A stretch of DNA of 64,000 nt from Takakia lepidozioides (taxonomy: Eukaryota; Plantae; Bryophyta): contig CM060733.1 in assembly GCA_030704615.1 (NCBI GenBank), positions 74,276,001-74,340,000 of the forward strand, given 5' to 3'. Under the pieces are notes generated by a model that was given only the letters and a program-made list of their open reading frames with translations, did not search any database and had not been told where the DNA came from. Both the position numbers and the translations under genes were made by a program. Below, one piece after another: positions 50,155 to 62,409 of the stretch. Within the stretch, counting starts at the first letter, position 1. Every line of letters begins with the position of its first letter.

Positions 50155-50742
50155 TTTGGCGACCATACTGGGGACCTGAGACATGAACAACCAGATGTGA
50201 CAGGCATCTGGTGGGATCATGGTGGTTGGACCATTAAAGAATTTGAAGTGAATCAAATTCCCTATGGAACGAAGGAAGAAAGATTGTCCAAACAATTCTT
50301 TCAAAGGTTCTTGGAATTGCCAGACGGTTGTAAAGAAAATATTCTTAAACGAGTGCATGATGCTGATCCAGAATGGGGTCTGGAGAAAGGAGTGATAAAG
50401 ATTTATCAGGTAGCCTGTAGAGGAAGAGCACGTTGGTTACCAACATTGGTTTATGTGATAGCATTGCTATCCATTAAACGAGTAGAGTTTGAAGGCTGGG
50501 AAGAAAGAAAGGTGAATGTTTATACTCATATGCATGAAGAGCTTGTACTGGTAAAGAATTGGATTCCAAAGGATATTTTGTGGATCAAACTCACACCAAG
50601 AACAGCTTTTCAGACTTGTTTGCCATATGGTTATATGGTAACGGAGACTTCAAGTATAGCCAAGGGTGCATTGAAGCTTGAAAGAAACCCAGGCATATAC
50701 GAGAGATATTACAGAAGAGAGTTTTGGTTATTGCCACATTAA
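50047..50742 (+). CDS. Additional ORF upstream of gag, with weak F-box-like motif
   Basis: 231-aa open frame containing FLELPDGCKENILKRV...VAC..RARW. The true start is uncertain because the ORF begins in the LTR. Confidence 0.45.
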   Translation: MTDCSARAEYLEISNSSILEFPPRIAKGWVSKSRATFGDHTGDLRHEQPDVTGIWWDHGGWTIKEFEVNQIPYGTKEERLSKQFFQRFLELPDGCKENILKRVHDADPEWGLEKGVIKIYQVACRGRARWLPTLVYVIALLSIKRVEFEGWEERKVNVYTHMHEELVLVKNWIPKDILWIKLTPRTAFQTCLPYGYMVTETSSIAKGALKLERNPGIYERYYRREFWLLPH

Positions 50743-50766
50743 AAAAAGAAATGAAAGACATGGGAC

Positions 50767-53700
50767 ATGAGTGATGAAAGAGAAGCTAGACGACAGAGAT
50801 ATTCAGCAAAAAGAGAAAGCTATCTGAAAGCTAATTATCCATATCTTTGGGAGAGAGGAATAGACATAGGGGAATCATCTGGACCTCTCACACCATCAAG
50901 ATCAAAGAGTGCATCACCTATACCGGAAGAACTAGAGTTGGATGCCACTCCTTCTGTTTCTTTGCAAGAAAGATTAAGGGAATTGGTACAGGAAGAAGAT
51001 CAATCACGAGGTGAAAGATCTGAGGTACATCCTTGGATAAAAGACTTGACAGAAATCTTTGATAAGAGTTGGCATGGAACACCAAAAGCAGGAACTCCAG
51101 TTTCTGAAGCAGAAGGTGAAGAAGGAGAAGAGGATGTGGCAGAGCCAACGGAGAGTTCAGACTCTCCAACACCATTACAGTTGAGTTACATGAGTGAAGA
51201 AGAAACCCAAGGGCAGAACTTGGAGGATGAAAACAGAGAGAAGAAATTAGAAGAGGAAGAATATGAAGAAGTAGACCCAACAGCTGAGGTTGAGACTACA
51301 ACCAGGACATCCCAACCCGTTGGACCTGGATCAAGTGGAGCACTTGGATCACAGGCCAACGAAGGTGTCGGCTCAGGGGGATCAGGCGGGCTGCCTGGAT
51401 CTAGCTCTGGGGGGACAGGGAGTGTGGGAAGTAGTGCAACTGAAGCTGGGAATACTGTGAATATCGTGGGGCCAGAAGCAAGGAGTGCTCAAGGGCCACC
51501 ACTTGGTGGAAGATCCACCACAAAAACAACAGGTCCAGAAGGACCAGCACCAGCAAGGGTGCCAGCACCTGTCAGTGGGCAGAAGGTAGGGCCACAGATG
51601 GCGTTACAACCAACATGGGCAAAACCCCCCTTTCCAATATATTCAGGAAAAGGGGATCCCGATGTACACATTAGCCAATTTGAGCACATGTGTATAGTGA
51701 ACAATGAGAATGGCGATGATGCCAAGATGAGACTGTTTCCTTGTTCACTTATCAAGAAAGCAAGTGAATGGTATGCAAGATTCCCTGATAATCATTTCCT
51801 AACCTGGAATGGCTTGAATACAGCATTTCGAAATAGGTTCAGGACAAGTAAAACTGAGGATGAAGTGTATGGAAGTTTACAACAGCTGAAGCAGAAGAAG
51901 CATGAAACTGTTGAAGAGTATATGGAGAAGATGGAATTGATGATGAAAAAGCTGGCTGCAGTACCAGCGCCCGGTTTACAGAAGACTTGGTTTGTGAGTG
52001 GATTAAGACCAGAGTTGCAAAAGAAAATGGATATGTTACCCCATAATACAGTGGAGGAGGCATTTGAAACTGCGAACAGAATTGAGCAATTGGGAATGCT
52101 CAGGAGAGAGAAAAAAAAAGATGAGGACTCTGAGGATGAGTCAGATGAAGAAGAAGAGCAAGAACTAAAAAGAAATAGTAAGAGAAAGGAGAAGTTGAAG
52201 AGGGATAACTATGAAAAAAAATTGGAAGAAATCTTGAAGAAGTATGCCACAGAGGCTGCAACACATTGGAGGAAGGGTGTATGGTGTGCAAAGTGCCAGA
52301 ATGAAGGCCATACCACCACAGAATGCCACATGAAGGAGAAACACTGTACTATCTGTAAAATGGATAACCATTCTACTGAGAATTGTTACTACAACAGAAG
52401 GACAGCTGCAAGAGAACCTAGGCAAGTAAGGGTGCATCAGGTGCAGCCCCAGCCAAGAAGAAACAATGATCAGGACCACTATGGTAGGTCTGGTGGTTAT
52501 AACAATGGCATGGAAGGGAGAGGTAATTCAAGAGGGAATTACCAAGGAAATTCCAGAGGCAACTATCAGGGTAATCCAAGGGGGAATTACCAGCCCGGGA
52601 ATCAGGATTATAGAAATAATCCAAGAACAGACCAAGGGCGAGGACCCAATGGTGAAGAGCTATGTTACTATTGTAATCAGCCAGGACATCGCAAGGCAGC
52701 CTGTTCATTCTGGATAAGACACCAGAATGAGATGAGAGTTCCTGTGAATGAGGGCCCAGTGGTGGCAGCTCACATGGTTAGGCCATGTGTTGTACCAGAA
52801 GTAAGTACAATGATAGTAACAAGAAGTAAAGCCAAACTAATACCTCCAGTAGAAGAGGAAGAAGATGAGACTGGAAGTGGCAATGATATGCCTGAAGATG
52901 AAGAGACTTGGAAAGATGAGAAGGAACTGCACAAGGAAGTGGCAGATACTATAAGGGAAATGCAAAAGAGTACTGATATTCCTGTGGCAGATTCCTCTGA
53001 TTCGGATGGAGAAAAAGAAGGGAGTGAGGAAGAAAGGAAAAAAGAAGATGCAGACATGCAAAGTAATGAAGAGACTTTGGCTGCAGTAATATGTCAGACC
53101 AAAGCAGAAATTACCATTGGACAGCTATTAGCTGTGGCACCTTATTGTAGGCACAGGCTGTATCAAGCAATCAATCGAATTGCCCAAGAGACAGGAAACA
53201 CAGACCTGAACAGCAAGGTGACCAGTTATAATGTGAAGCCGGAAGGGCGAGAAACAGTCATGGACTTTGATGATTCTATGCCAGTAATCCAATTGAGAAT
53301 TGGAAGCACAGAACTAACGGATGTACTGATAGATGGTGGTTCTGGAGTAAATATCATGACAGACCAATTAAGGAAGAAGCTTGGTCTAAGTAACATGAAA
53401 CCAGCCCCATTTACAGTAACAATGGCAGATCAAAGAAGTGTGCAGCCATTGGGATTAATAAGAGGAGTTAAGATACAGATACAGAAAATGATCTTTATGA
53501 TCACAGTAACTGTATTAGAAATGGATGAAGTCATGGAGGCTTACTCCTTATTATTGGGACGTCCGTGGCTGAAACAGGCCAGGGTATTCCATGACTGGAA
53601 TTCTCAGTTATTAACCGTGCATAATGGGATACACGAGATACAAATTACCACAAAGAAATCTAGTAGATTACCTGCTACAAGAAGACCTCGAGGAGTCTGA
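50767..53700 (+). CDS. gag: gag (three CCHC knuckles) + aspartic protease
   Basis: FPCSLIKKASEWY..TW..L...F..RF; CAKC..GH...C, CTIC..NH...C, CYYC..GH...C; LIDGGSGVN...LLGRPWL. Confidence 0.9.
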   Translation: MSDEREARRQRYSAKRESYLKANYPYLWERGIDIGESSGPLTPSRSKSASPIPEELELDATPSVSLQERLRELVQEEDQSRGERSEVHPWIKDLTEIFDKSWHGTPKAGTPVSEAEGEEGEEDVAEPTESSDSPTPLQLSYMSEEETQGQNLEDENREKKLEEEEYEEVDPTAEVETTTRTSQPVGPGSSGALGSQANEGVGSGGSGGLPGSSSGGTGSVGSSATEAGNTVNIVGPEARSAQGPPLGGRSTTKTTGPEGPAPARVPAPVSGQKVGPQMALQPTWAKPPFPIYSGKGDPDVHISQFEHMCIVNNENGDDAKMRLFPCSLIKKASEWYARFPDNHFLTWNGLNTAFRNRFRTSKTEDEVYGSLQQLKQKKHETVEEYMEKMELMMKKLAAVPAPGLQKTWFVSGLRPELQKKMDMLPHNTVEEAFETANRIEQLGMLRREKKKDEDSEDESDEEEEQELKRNSKRKEKLKRDNYEKKLEEILKKYATEAATHWRKGVWCAKCQNEGHTTTECHMKEKHCTICKMDNHSTENCYYNRRTAAREPRQVRVHQVQPQPRRNNDQDHYGRSGGYNNGMEGRGNSRGNYQGNSRGNYQGNPRGNYQPGNQDYRNNPRTDQGRGPNGEELCYYCNQPGHRKAACSFWIRHQNEMRVPVNEGPVVAAHMVRPCVVPEVSTMIVTRSKAKLIPPVEEEEDETGSGNDMPEDEETWKDEKELHKEVADTIREMQKSTDIPVADSSDSDGEKEGSEEERKKEDADMQSNEETLAAVICQTKAEITIGQLLAVAPYCRHRLYQAINRIAQETGNTDLNSKVTSYNVKPEGRETVMDFDDSMPVIQLRIGSTELTDVLIDGGSGVNIMTDQLRKKLGLSNMKPAPFTVTMADQRSVQPLGLIRGVKIQIQKMIFMITVTVLEMDEVMEAYSLLLGRPWLKQARVFHDWNSQLLTVHNGIHEIQITTKKSSRLPATRRPRGV

Positions 53701-55155
53701 GAGTATGACTGGAGAGGAGGACTGGATGAGGAGCAGGAAGCTACCCTATTTGTTGCACACCCAGAGTGGGAGCAGGTTGCAGAGATGCGGCTGGAAAGCC
53801 TAAGTTGTTTGAGAGGTATCTGCTGTGGTGTAGTGATAGCCACACCAACTGAAGAGGAAACCAGCATTTACCCATCACATTTCTATGAAGAAAGAGAAGG
53901 AGAAATAGAAATCCTAGAAGAACCAGCCACTGTGAGCTTACAGGATGAAGTGGTGACTGGTTGGACAATCACAGCTGATGAGCAGGTGAGAGAAGTAAAT
54001 GTGGGAACTAAAGAGGAACCGAGGATGGTGAAAGTGGGAGCTGATTTGGAGCCGGAATTCTTCGAAGAAGCTAAAAGCTTGTTCATCAAATACAGAGATG
54101 TATTTGCTTGGAGCTATGAGGATCTAAAAGGGATACCACCTGAAGTTTGTCAGCATAAGATTGAACTGGAACCAGGGTCAGTACCAATCAAGCAGGCAAG
54201 GTATAGAATGAATCCCAACTACGCACAGAAGGTTGGAGAAGAGATAAAGAAGTTGGCTGAGGCTAAGTTTATATACCCAATAGAGTATACAACTTGGTTG
54301 TCACCCATTGTTATAGTTCCCAAGAAGAATGGCAAACTAAGAGTATGTGTGAACTATAAGAAGCTGAATGCTTGTACGAAGAAAGATCCTTTCCCTTTGC
54401 CATTCACAGAAGCAGTATTAGACACTGTGGCAGGCCATGAGATGTACTCATTCATGGATGGCTTCAGTGGTTATAATCAAGTGCAAGTGGCAGAAGAAGA
54501 CCAAGGGAAAACAGCTTTCATCACAGACTGGGGGGCTTATGCATACAAAGTCATGCCCTTTGGACTTTGTAATGCACCAGCGACCTTTCAGAGAGTGATA
54601 AGTGAATCTTTTCATGAGTATCTGGATGATTTCATGCAGGTATTCTTGGATGATTTCAGTGTGTACAGCTCTAAGAGTGAGCACTTGCATAAATTGGAAT
54701 TATGTTTGGCCAGATGCAGGATGAGAGGTCTGGGCCTGAATCCAGAGAAGTGTACTTTCTGTGTGAACTCAGGGGTGCTTCTGGGACACATTGTGTGTAA
54801 GAAGGGACTCCTTGTGGATCCCAGAAAGATAGAGTCCATTAAAGCCTCTCCACCAGTTCGAAAATTAAAACACCTAAGAGGCGATGAGGATTCTGATACA
54901 ACTGTTTCTTCACCGAATTCTTTTGACATGGGTGAAGACTATGCAGTTCAGATGGCAGAGAAGAAGCGAAGGGGGTCTCCTATGCCGGAAAGATTACCTC
55001 CATATCAACCTCCAGAGGGCCTCACTTATCCAGGTAGTGATCAACCATCTCCGTCAACCAGAGACAGACCTCGGGCTCGTACACACAGTCCGCCACGAAA
55101 CTCTCAACGTCAAGAAGGTGCTCACTCACAAAGGTTTGCTAGTCGAAATCAGTAA
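53701..55155 (+). pseudogene. pol: RT in frame with gag after a TGA, fused by deletion to the end of a 3' accessory ORF
   Basis: FMDGFSGYNQ, MPFGLCNAPATFQR, FLDDF, LLGHIV; switches to unrelated low-complexity sequence at ~54880. Confidence 0.88.
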
Positions 55156-55193
55156 ACCGTGAGGACACGGCTTTTTGAGGGGGGAAGGGGTAA

Positions 55194-56149
55194 TGTTAGA
55201 GGACTGTCGGGGACTTAGACACTTATACGGGATCTGTAGGATACCCTTAATTTTTGCACAGACTGAGACCAACAGGAGCCTTAGGGGTGACAGCAGCGCA
55301 CTGTAGAAGGGGGTTACACAGCCCGTCACAGTCGTCACAGTCGTCACAGCCGACACAGCCAACACAGCCTGTCACAGTCGTCACAGCAGACACAGCCAAC
55401 ACAGCCGACACAGCCCGGCACAGCCACACAGCCAGTCACAGCCCGACACAGCCAAACAAAGTCACACAGCCAGTCACAGCCCGTCACAGTTTCACACAGC
55501 CAGTCACAGCTTGACACAGCTGTCACGATCATAGGGAACGAAGAGTAGGACAGGGAACGACTGTGGGAACAACACCTGCGAAGGGAACATGTTAGTTCAC
55601 AGACGACGGTTAGTGAGGGAAACGGTTAGAACCGCGGATAGGAAGATAAAGGGAGAAACGGGGAATGGAGGGACATCATTCGGAGGAGGACTTCTTGGTG
55701 ATAGAGGAGAGGGGATCGGGCAGAGATGAGGAACGGAAGTGAAGATAGAGAGATGATGAGTAGATGCTTGATATATGCAAGGCTGTAATGATATTGTAGA
55801 GTAGATTAGAGACACAATGGCTTCGGCCTGATACCTGATAAATCATAATCGGATACTTTTACGATACAATCACACTGTGTAGAGAGGTCTGAGTGAAGCT
55901 GTGGAATGAATGGATGAGTTGATGGAATCCAATAGATTGATAAAGCAAACTGATACTTAATTATCAATGGTAAGATAGTTAACATGAATACCAAAAGGGA
56001 AACAAATAGGAAACACCCCCATGATACACTAGCTGTAGGTCATGACTGATTGTTCTGCGCGGGCTGAGTACTTAGAGATTTCCAACTCTTCAATCTTGGA
56101 GTTTCCGCCTCGAATAGCGAAGGGATGGGTGAGTAAAAGCCGCGCGACA
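55194..56149 (+). repeat. 3' LTR
   Basis: Follows the PPT; ends GCGACA followed by the TSD. Confidence 0.93.
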
Positions 56150-58520
56150 GAATCTACCTCATCCAAACTCGCTAATAAAAGCCTATCCCTTCTCAAATCC
56201 CCCATTGCCATTCGGCCCAAGCTATCAATCATTAAATCAGTACTGCAAACCCAAATCCAATACTCATTCCATGTCGCGCCCTTCTCCCTACCCGACATCA
56301 GAAAACTGGATAAAACCTTTATTCAGCTCACTAAACGTGTATGTGGCTTACCAACTAGTACCCCTAATGCCCTCACACAACTCCCAACTGACCATTACAG
56401 AGTAGGCTCTAGCCCACTTATTATTTCATATGCTCGTACATTGGGTACACAACTCAAAGAAGCACTAAACGACCCAGGATGGCTTGGTATCATCTACCAG
56501 GGTCTCCTTAAATTCCTTGCCCTCAGATACAATGGCCTATATTCGCTATCATCGCTACATCCACAAGCATGCCTCCACTCTCCCACTGCGCGCACAGTCC
56601 TCATCCTACGTCAAATGAAAATTAGCATACAGACCGACTTGCTAGACTACCCTAACACCTCATCACCACTAGAACAGGCATGACTTACCAGCCCTTTCCT
56701 ATCACAGTTCAACATCTCCCACCCAAAGCAAAAAATCCCTATCATCACTTACTTCAAAGAGCGCTGCATCACCACCCTTACCCAACTTACCACTGCCACA
56801 GGCCACCGATTTTTAAAACCCAGTGAATTCACCCTTAAATTGTCCCGAGCCACGTCCAAAACTAGTCGTTACTTACACCACCTCCGTACCCTCTTTTGTC
56901 ACCCGTCAACAGCCTGTACTCTCACATGTGACCTTCCATGTCTTTACCACCCCCATACGATTCAGGACCTACTCCCTTAGTACCGATCTACTCCAGCCGC
57001 CTCCATCTACCATACACTCAGAACAACATATTCCACCAAATCCAACCCTCCCTCTTACCCCACAACATGATGAACCTAGCAACGACCCACTTCAAACCCC
57101 AAGTCAAGTACCTAATCCGCCAGACACCCCTACCCACCCTCAAACTACTCCCGTAGTAACCCCCCCACACAACTCCGATAACCCTGATGCCTACGTCATT
57201 GAAGCTATACTGAGAATTAAGACCCAAACATCAATTGATGCCTTTGGTGCCACCTTCATTGATACATACTATCACTGCAAATGGGCTGGCTACTCCTCAG
57301 ATGACAACACATGGCAGACCAAGGATGATCTGTTCGGACTACACGACGAGTGTGATCCCGACCATAACCTTGCCCTTCTCACCGCCTTTCATAAACGGAC
57401 AAACACCGACTACTTAGCACACATTCATCAACAACAAACTACCCCCACCCAACCTATAGACAACCGATATATCCACAAGCCAATTGATGCCCCTAATGTG
57501 CACATCAATATAACCGAATGTAACCCGGACAAAGATATCAAACATGATCACCCATTCATCCATATGGGCCCTCGCCTTTCCAATATCTACGCCCAACATG
57601 GCCGCTTCATTGGACTCATCCCTAACAATAGGCTAAAATGGCTCTGGGAAAGATACTCTGCCATAAACATACACCCGCAAACTCTTCAACCCCCGAAACA
57701 AGACTTCGCTACCGAGCTATACTAGCTAGTTGACCGCTACCTTAAAGACACCCACCCCAAGAAACCAAGATCCCTCACCAAACTAGGAGCAGCATGCGCG
57801 CACCAAGTCCTGCACCAAGATATTCTCACCTTATTTATCAGCACATTCCCGCTCACTCATTCATACTACTCCAGCCCACTGACATGCCCTATGGACCTCC
57901 TTACATTTTCCAGTCCACACCACTGGGACTGTGTCTTTGGAGCCATAGGCAACGCTACCCAACACAACTGGATAGGCCGGGGCTTTGCCCACCCACCCCC
58001 CCCCCCCCCCCCCCGGCCCCCTCACACACGAAGCTCTTAAATGGGCAAAATTAGCAGCGCACTCATCCCCCTCCACTTCCACCATCCTCATCCTCACACA
58101 ACAAAACGCCCCTTGCCCCTCTCACCCCCTACTACGTCTCCCGCCAGAAGTCAACCTACTTGCTACAATAGACCCAAACCAGCTTAAATATGTCCACACC
58201 CCCCCCTCTCCCCAAATACCTCAACCAAAAGGAACCAACACTAACCCTTATCTTACAGGTACAGCACCCCCTCCACACAGACGTCCCGACCCCCTTCATG
58301 CAACAGCTAGAATAGTTACTCACCATCAAACAAATTAAAAGCTACCATCCATCACCCACCTCACCTCCCCTACACCACAACACCTGTCACCCTCTCTCGG
58401 ACCAAACCAAACAAAGCCTGGAGCATAGCGGTTCCGCACCCACCCCAGATTACACCCACAATACCCCCTCCCCCAATCCCCCTAATTTATCAACAAAACA
58501 CCACCCCCAAATATCCCCTC

Positions 58521-58890
58521 ATGAACTCGCACTACACTGACGGTTCCCTCACCCAACCCGATGCGGGCTATGGTATTTATCATGCAGGAACAAGGCAAGG
58601 GGTCGCCCTCCGGCTACCAGGTCCGGCTACCATCCTAAGGGCCGAACTGATGGCCATATATGATGCCCTCCTCCTGCTAGACTCCTTCCCGCCCCCATAC
58701 TTCATCTTCACAGACAGCCTCACCTCCCTATTTCTGATCCGCAACCATATATCCCGTCCTTCTTCCCATCATCATCACCCTGATCGCAATCTCATTACAG
58801 CCATTGTTAACACCCAATGCAATTCCTCAAAGTCCGCTCCCACACTGGCATCCAAGGTAATGAGGAAGCGGATCTACTCACCCAACTTGG
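58521..58890 (+). pseudogene. LINE RNase H domain
   Basis: HYTDGS, RAELMAI, FTDSL, KVRSHTGIQGNEEAD (frameshifted). Confidence 0.88.
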
Positions 58891-59154
58891 CGCCACTAAA
58901 CCCAAAGTCTACCCCATGGATGACCCTATCCACATTGCCCACACTCACCCATTCTGGTTTATTCACCCCGTCCCAGAACCCCCTGCACCCCGACCAATAC
59001 GTATATTTTAGCCACTCTCACCCGTGACCCAATAAACAAGCTGCTGACTCAATTAGCCATACAAAGGTCCATATTCAAAAATGGACCCAATCCAAAGTGT
59101 TGCACCACAAACTCTCAAACCACTTCTGGCAAACCAAAGCTACCACTGATGCGC

Positions 59155-60240
59155 TATTGCACACCTCACTTCGGTAAGCTCCCCTTCAAGTCATAGTTAT
59201 TCGCTTTGATGCGCACACCTAACTCCCTAACTGGCCGCCGGGCCAACTCGGAGCTTTGGCTGCTCACCGGGACATAACGGTCCCCTTTTTCTCCCCCACA
59301 AGACCCTCTCCCAATTTGGGCCTAGTGGAAATTCCCTTTGGTCGATGGCAGTCCGGAATAGCTCCCCACACCTTGGTCGCTTTCCGGCTCGCACGCTTAC
59401 TCACTAGTTTTTGGACACCAACGGGCTTGCACCGTTCTCGGGGTTACTACTCCCTATATATACTTCTGTGACTGTCCGCGGGGGCTTCACAAACAACCAT
59501 GCCGAAATCACGAAAACCCTCGATTCCCGGTGATGAGTCGCGGTGAGTCTTGGCCCACCCACCACGGTCCCATTGGACCGTGGTGAGTCCCAAGACTCCC
59601 CACGACTCCCACCACAAGGTCTCCGCCCCCATGGTGAGTCCTATGCCACCCCCACTAAGTCCCACTAAGCTACTACCACCCCTTGTGGAACCACCCCCAC
59701 CGCAACCCGGTGTGCGGGGCTCCACCTAGTGAGCGCCTCCGCCTCCTTGAGTGGCTTGGGCACTCAAGGGTGCTTCAGCCCCCGCAACTAATGTTGTCAC
59801 TGCCCCACCACAGGGGCAGCCCCTCACGTGTCCCGACCCCCTGCCCTCAAGGCAAAGGGCCGCGACACACACCCCTACCAACAGGGAGTTGATGTCCTCA
59901 TCGACTTGTCCATTTTGTAGAAACGAACATCCAAGTTGTGACGTCCCACATCAAGGAGTTTGTTTCCGCACCATGGCGTCCCATGGCTAAGAACCAAACC
60001 CCCACTTGACTCTACTCTCCACTAGCTAGTTCGGCCGACTTCCTCCAAGTCCCGGCCAAGGGTGGAGCCTCTCAAGCTCCTCCCAGTGCACTCTTCTTGA
60101 CCCACTTCAGGGCCAAGGAACGATCCTCCCCGAGGATCGAATCGCCTTATTGCAACAACATTTGCTTGCGACCGCTCGTGATGTCGCTTTTGGCATCACC
60201 TTGAGCAAGGGTTCGCCTTGAACCATTTTTGACTAGGAAA
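59155..60240 (-). mobile_element. Third, more diverged chromovirus fragment: 3' LTR (59155-59867) plus adjacent internal region
   Basis: Corresponds to 11743-12837; the terminus TGTCGCGC is eroded to TATTGCAC. Confidence 0.88.
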
Positions 60241-60670
60241 TATGCCAATTTGCAGTGGACACTGAGGTCTCCAACACTGGTTTTCCGTACTGCTTTGAAA
60301 TATTGTTGTAGTTGATTAGTGCCATGTCGTCCTCCTCATCCAGGTGCTCCACATGCACTCAGGAGCCACCTGCACCGGAAGCCCACCTCAGTCCAGTCTG
60401 TAGGTTCATATCCGCCCGCCATGAATGCTGATCTTCCTCCTCATCCAGATTGTGGACGAATATCTTCCTCTTTGTAGTGCGTGTGAAAAGGTCACCTTCC
60501 AAACCGTATGCACTGTTATGCAGTGGTGTTCCAACCACAAAATGTCTTGAGAGCCTCCGCCATTTTGTTTGGTTCACTTGACCTCAAGGGCGACGCACCA
60601 GCAAATCCTCTCGGCTGGGTCCAACTCCTTTTCTGCCCCCAATAAGGAACAAATGGTATCCGGATGTCTG
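60241..60670 (-). pseudogene. Fragment of a fifth MULE-like transposase (post-catalytic region)
   Basis: YHLFLIGGRKGVGPSREDLLVR and GTPLHNSAYGLEGD..KRK...HSWRAD align with YRDFLRGG..GPDKWELMLR and GTPL..HLEG..KRK..DSHRAD. Confidence 0.7.
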
Positions 60671-61443
60671 CAGGCAAGCACGCACAATATCATGTCGTGT
60701 ACAAGCCGTGTACGTGTAAGACTGCTCACGCTTATTGTAGAATAATAGGAATTTCTGACTCAATGATAATTTTCAGAACTTTTTAATATCTTTCTCATCG
60801 ATATAGCACCTTCGATATTTCTGCGATAGAGCAGTGTTCTTCGATATCTTGTATACAGCTGATAGTCTATCTTGGACTGAATGATAGAAGGAATGGATGA
60901 ATAATTGTAAAGGATGGATGAAGGAGTTTGAGCGGTTATTACAGTTATTGAAGCGCCCTGCTATATAATGCGTTCATGAGAAGCAGACAGTGTCAATTGA
61001 GCCAGAGAGCCGTGATCGGAGTAGGGAGAGTAGAGTGAGTAGGAGATAGACTATAGAGTTATTTTGCAATGGTAGATTTAGTACTGCGTTCTTGCAGTGT
61101 TGTGATTTATGAATGAGAAGAAGAAGGAAAAGGAAGTGCAATTCACTTTGTGTATGTGTAAAGAATGGAGTGATGGAATGAGAATGTATTTCTGTGTGTA
61201 AGAACTGAAGAATCATAATTATATGAGATGGGGAGAATGCGCACAAATGAAGAAGATAAGAATTCAGTGTGAGAATTAGATTCTGGTCTATCAAGAGATA
61301 TATCGATAAGGGATATTCAAAGCATATTAAGGAAATGAAGATAGAAAGAGTCTTCAATTGGATTAAGGGTAGGAGTACAATTGTGAAGTAAAATCATTTG
61401 CATGGCAGAAAGCAATGATGTGGGAATAAAGGAAGTGTGAGGG

Positions 61444-61707
61444 TTGATCACTGGATTACCAGATCATTTATCGATAATAATCTTTCAGAAGATTTGTTGT
61501 AGTGATAAAGAAGTATTCTTATTGCAATTAGTCAATAGAGGGTGGTATGGAGAGATATCCATCCTACATAGAAGTTGTTATTGGAAGTATAGTTGGTCGC
61601 AGAAGTGGTATAGACCATTTGAAGGTTATCCCGAACTTATGAGAGAATGGAATCATAATTTTGGTGAGGGAAAATCCCTGGAGCAACTGGAGAAACAGAA
61701 TTGGTGA
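61444..61707 (+). CDS. F-box-like micro-ORF 1 (possibly pseudogenised)
   Basis: LITGLPDHLSIIIFQKI...LQLVNRGWY...YW; the in-frame ATG at 61402 is separated by a TGA. Confidence 0.5.
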   Translation: MITGLPDHLSIIIFQKICCSDKEVFLLQLVNRGWYGEISILHRSCYWKYSWSQKWYRPFEGYPELMREWNHNFGEGKSLEQLEKQNW

Positions 61708-61726
61708 TGAAGAATGATCACTAGTA

Positions 61727-61981
61727 ATGTGTGAAGGAGAGCAGATAGTATATCCTGTAGAATTAATTACGGGACTGCCTAATAGTTTGTCTCTGGATAT
61801 TTTTAAGAGATTACAATGTAGTGACAAGGAGATAATTAATCTATGGTTAGTAAATAAAGAATGGTATCGAGAGCTGTTGACTTTGTATCAGAGAGATTAT
61901 TGGAGGAAGAATATAGTTGAGCAATGGTATTTGATTTCAGCCGATGGAGCAGAGTTAATAGAAGATGAAGAGAATATTTAA
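61727..61981 (+). CDS. F-box-like micro-ORF 2
   Basis: ELITGLPNSLSLDIFKRL..SDKEIINLWLVNKEWY...YW fits the LPxE/DhhxxIFxxL...VxKxW pattern; paralog of ORF 1. Confidence 0.55.
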   Translation: MCEGEQIVYPVELITGLPNSLSLDIFKRLQCSDKEIINLWLVNKEWYRELLTLYQRDYWRKNIVEQWYLISADGAELIEDEENI

Positions 61982-62409
61982 AGAATGTGTTAGATGAAGA
62001 TGACTGGTGGTAAAAGTTGTTTCAAAGAAGGGATAGAGAGAGATAGAATAGTCTAGCATCATTATGTATTAGTCATATAGTGCTTTCCCCAGCGAACGAA
62101 CCTTAGAACTGATTAATCCTCTTTTAGGATTGATTTTAGATTTATCCTACTCTTATTCATAGTATGCTCATATGAGCATTGTTGGCGTCGCCAGTCATGT
62201 AGAGGTCTGCTCATAGGAGCAAACATTTCCTTGCCATTACTTCCGACTGCAGGATGTGGGGAGTCTGTGCCGAATTCCCAGGCCCAGTGAGGGTGCTAAG
62301 GAGTCTGTGCCTACTTATGTTGTTTCATTATGTATCATGTTGTACATCATGCTATATGCTGTTTCATTCTGTTTCACTTTGTATCATGGTAAACTTGTGT
62401 GCTTGGGTA

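Larger units (their letters stand above)
49127..56149 (+). mobile_element. Non-chromovirus Ty3/gypsy LTR element, internally deleted (no RNase H/integrase)
   Basis: LTRs TGTTAG...GCGACA; TSD GAATC (49122-49126, 56150-56154); PBS TGGCGACCATACTGGGGA (tRNA-Arg-like); PPT GAGGGGGGAAGGGG at 55177-55190. Confidence 0.93.
44957..59154 (+). mobile_element. Dualen/RandI-like LINE (APE, RT, chromodomain, RNase H), interrupted by a gypsy element and truncated by a chromovirus LTR
   Basis: The reading frame resumes across the TSD GAATC, and 57190-59154 is homologous to 37560-39510. The 5' boundary is approximate. Confidence 0.85.

Noticed and set aside
60736-62160. Solo LTR
   Set aside because: TG...CA ends can be chosen, but no matching TSD, PBS or second copy supports them.
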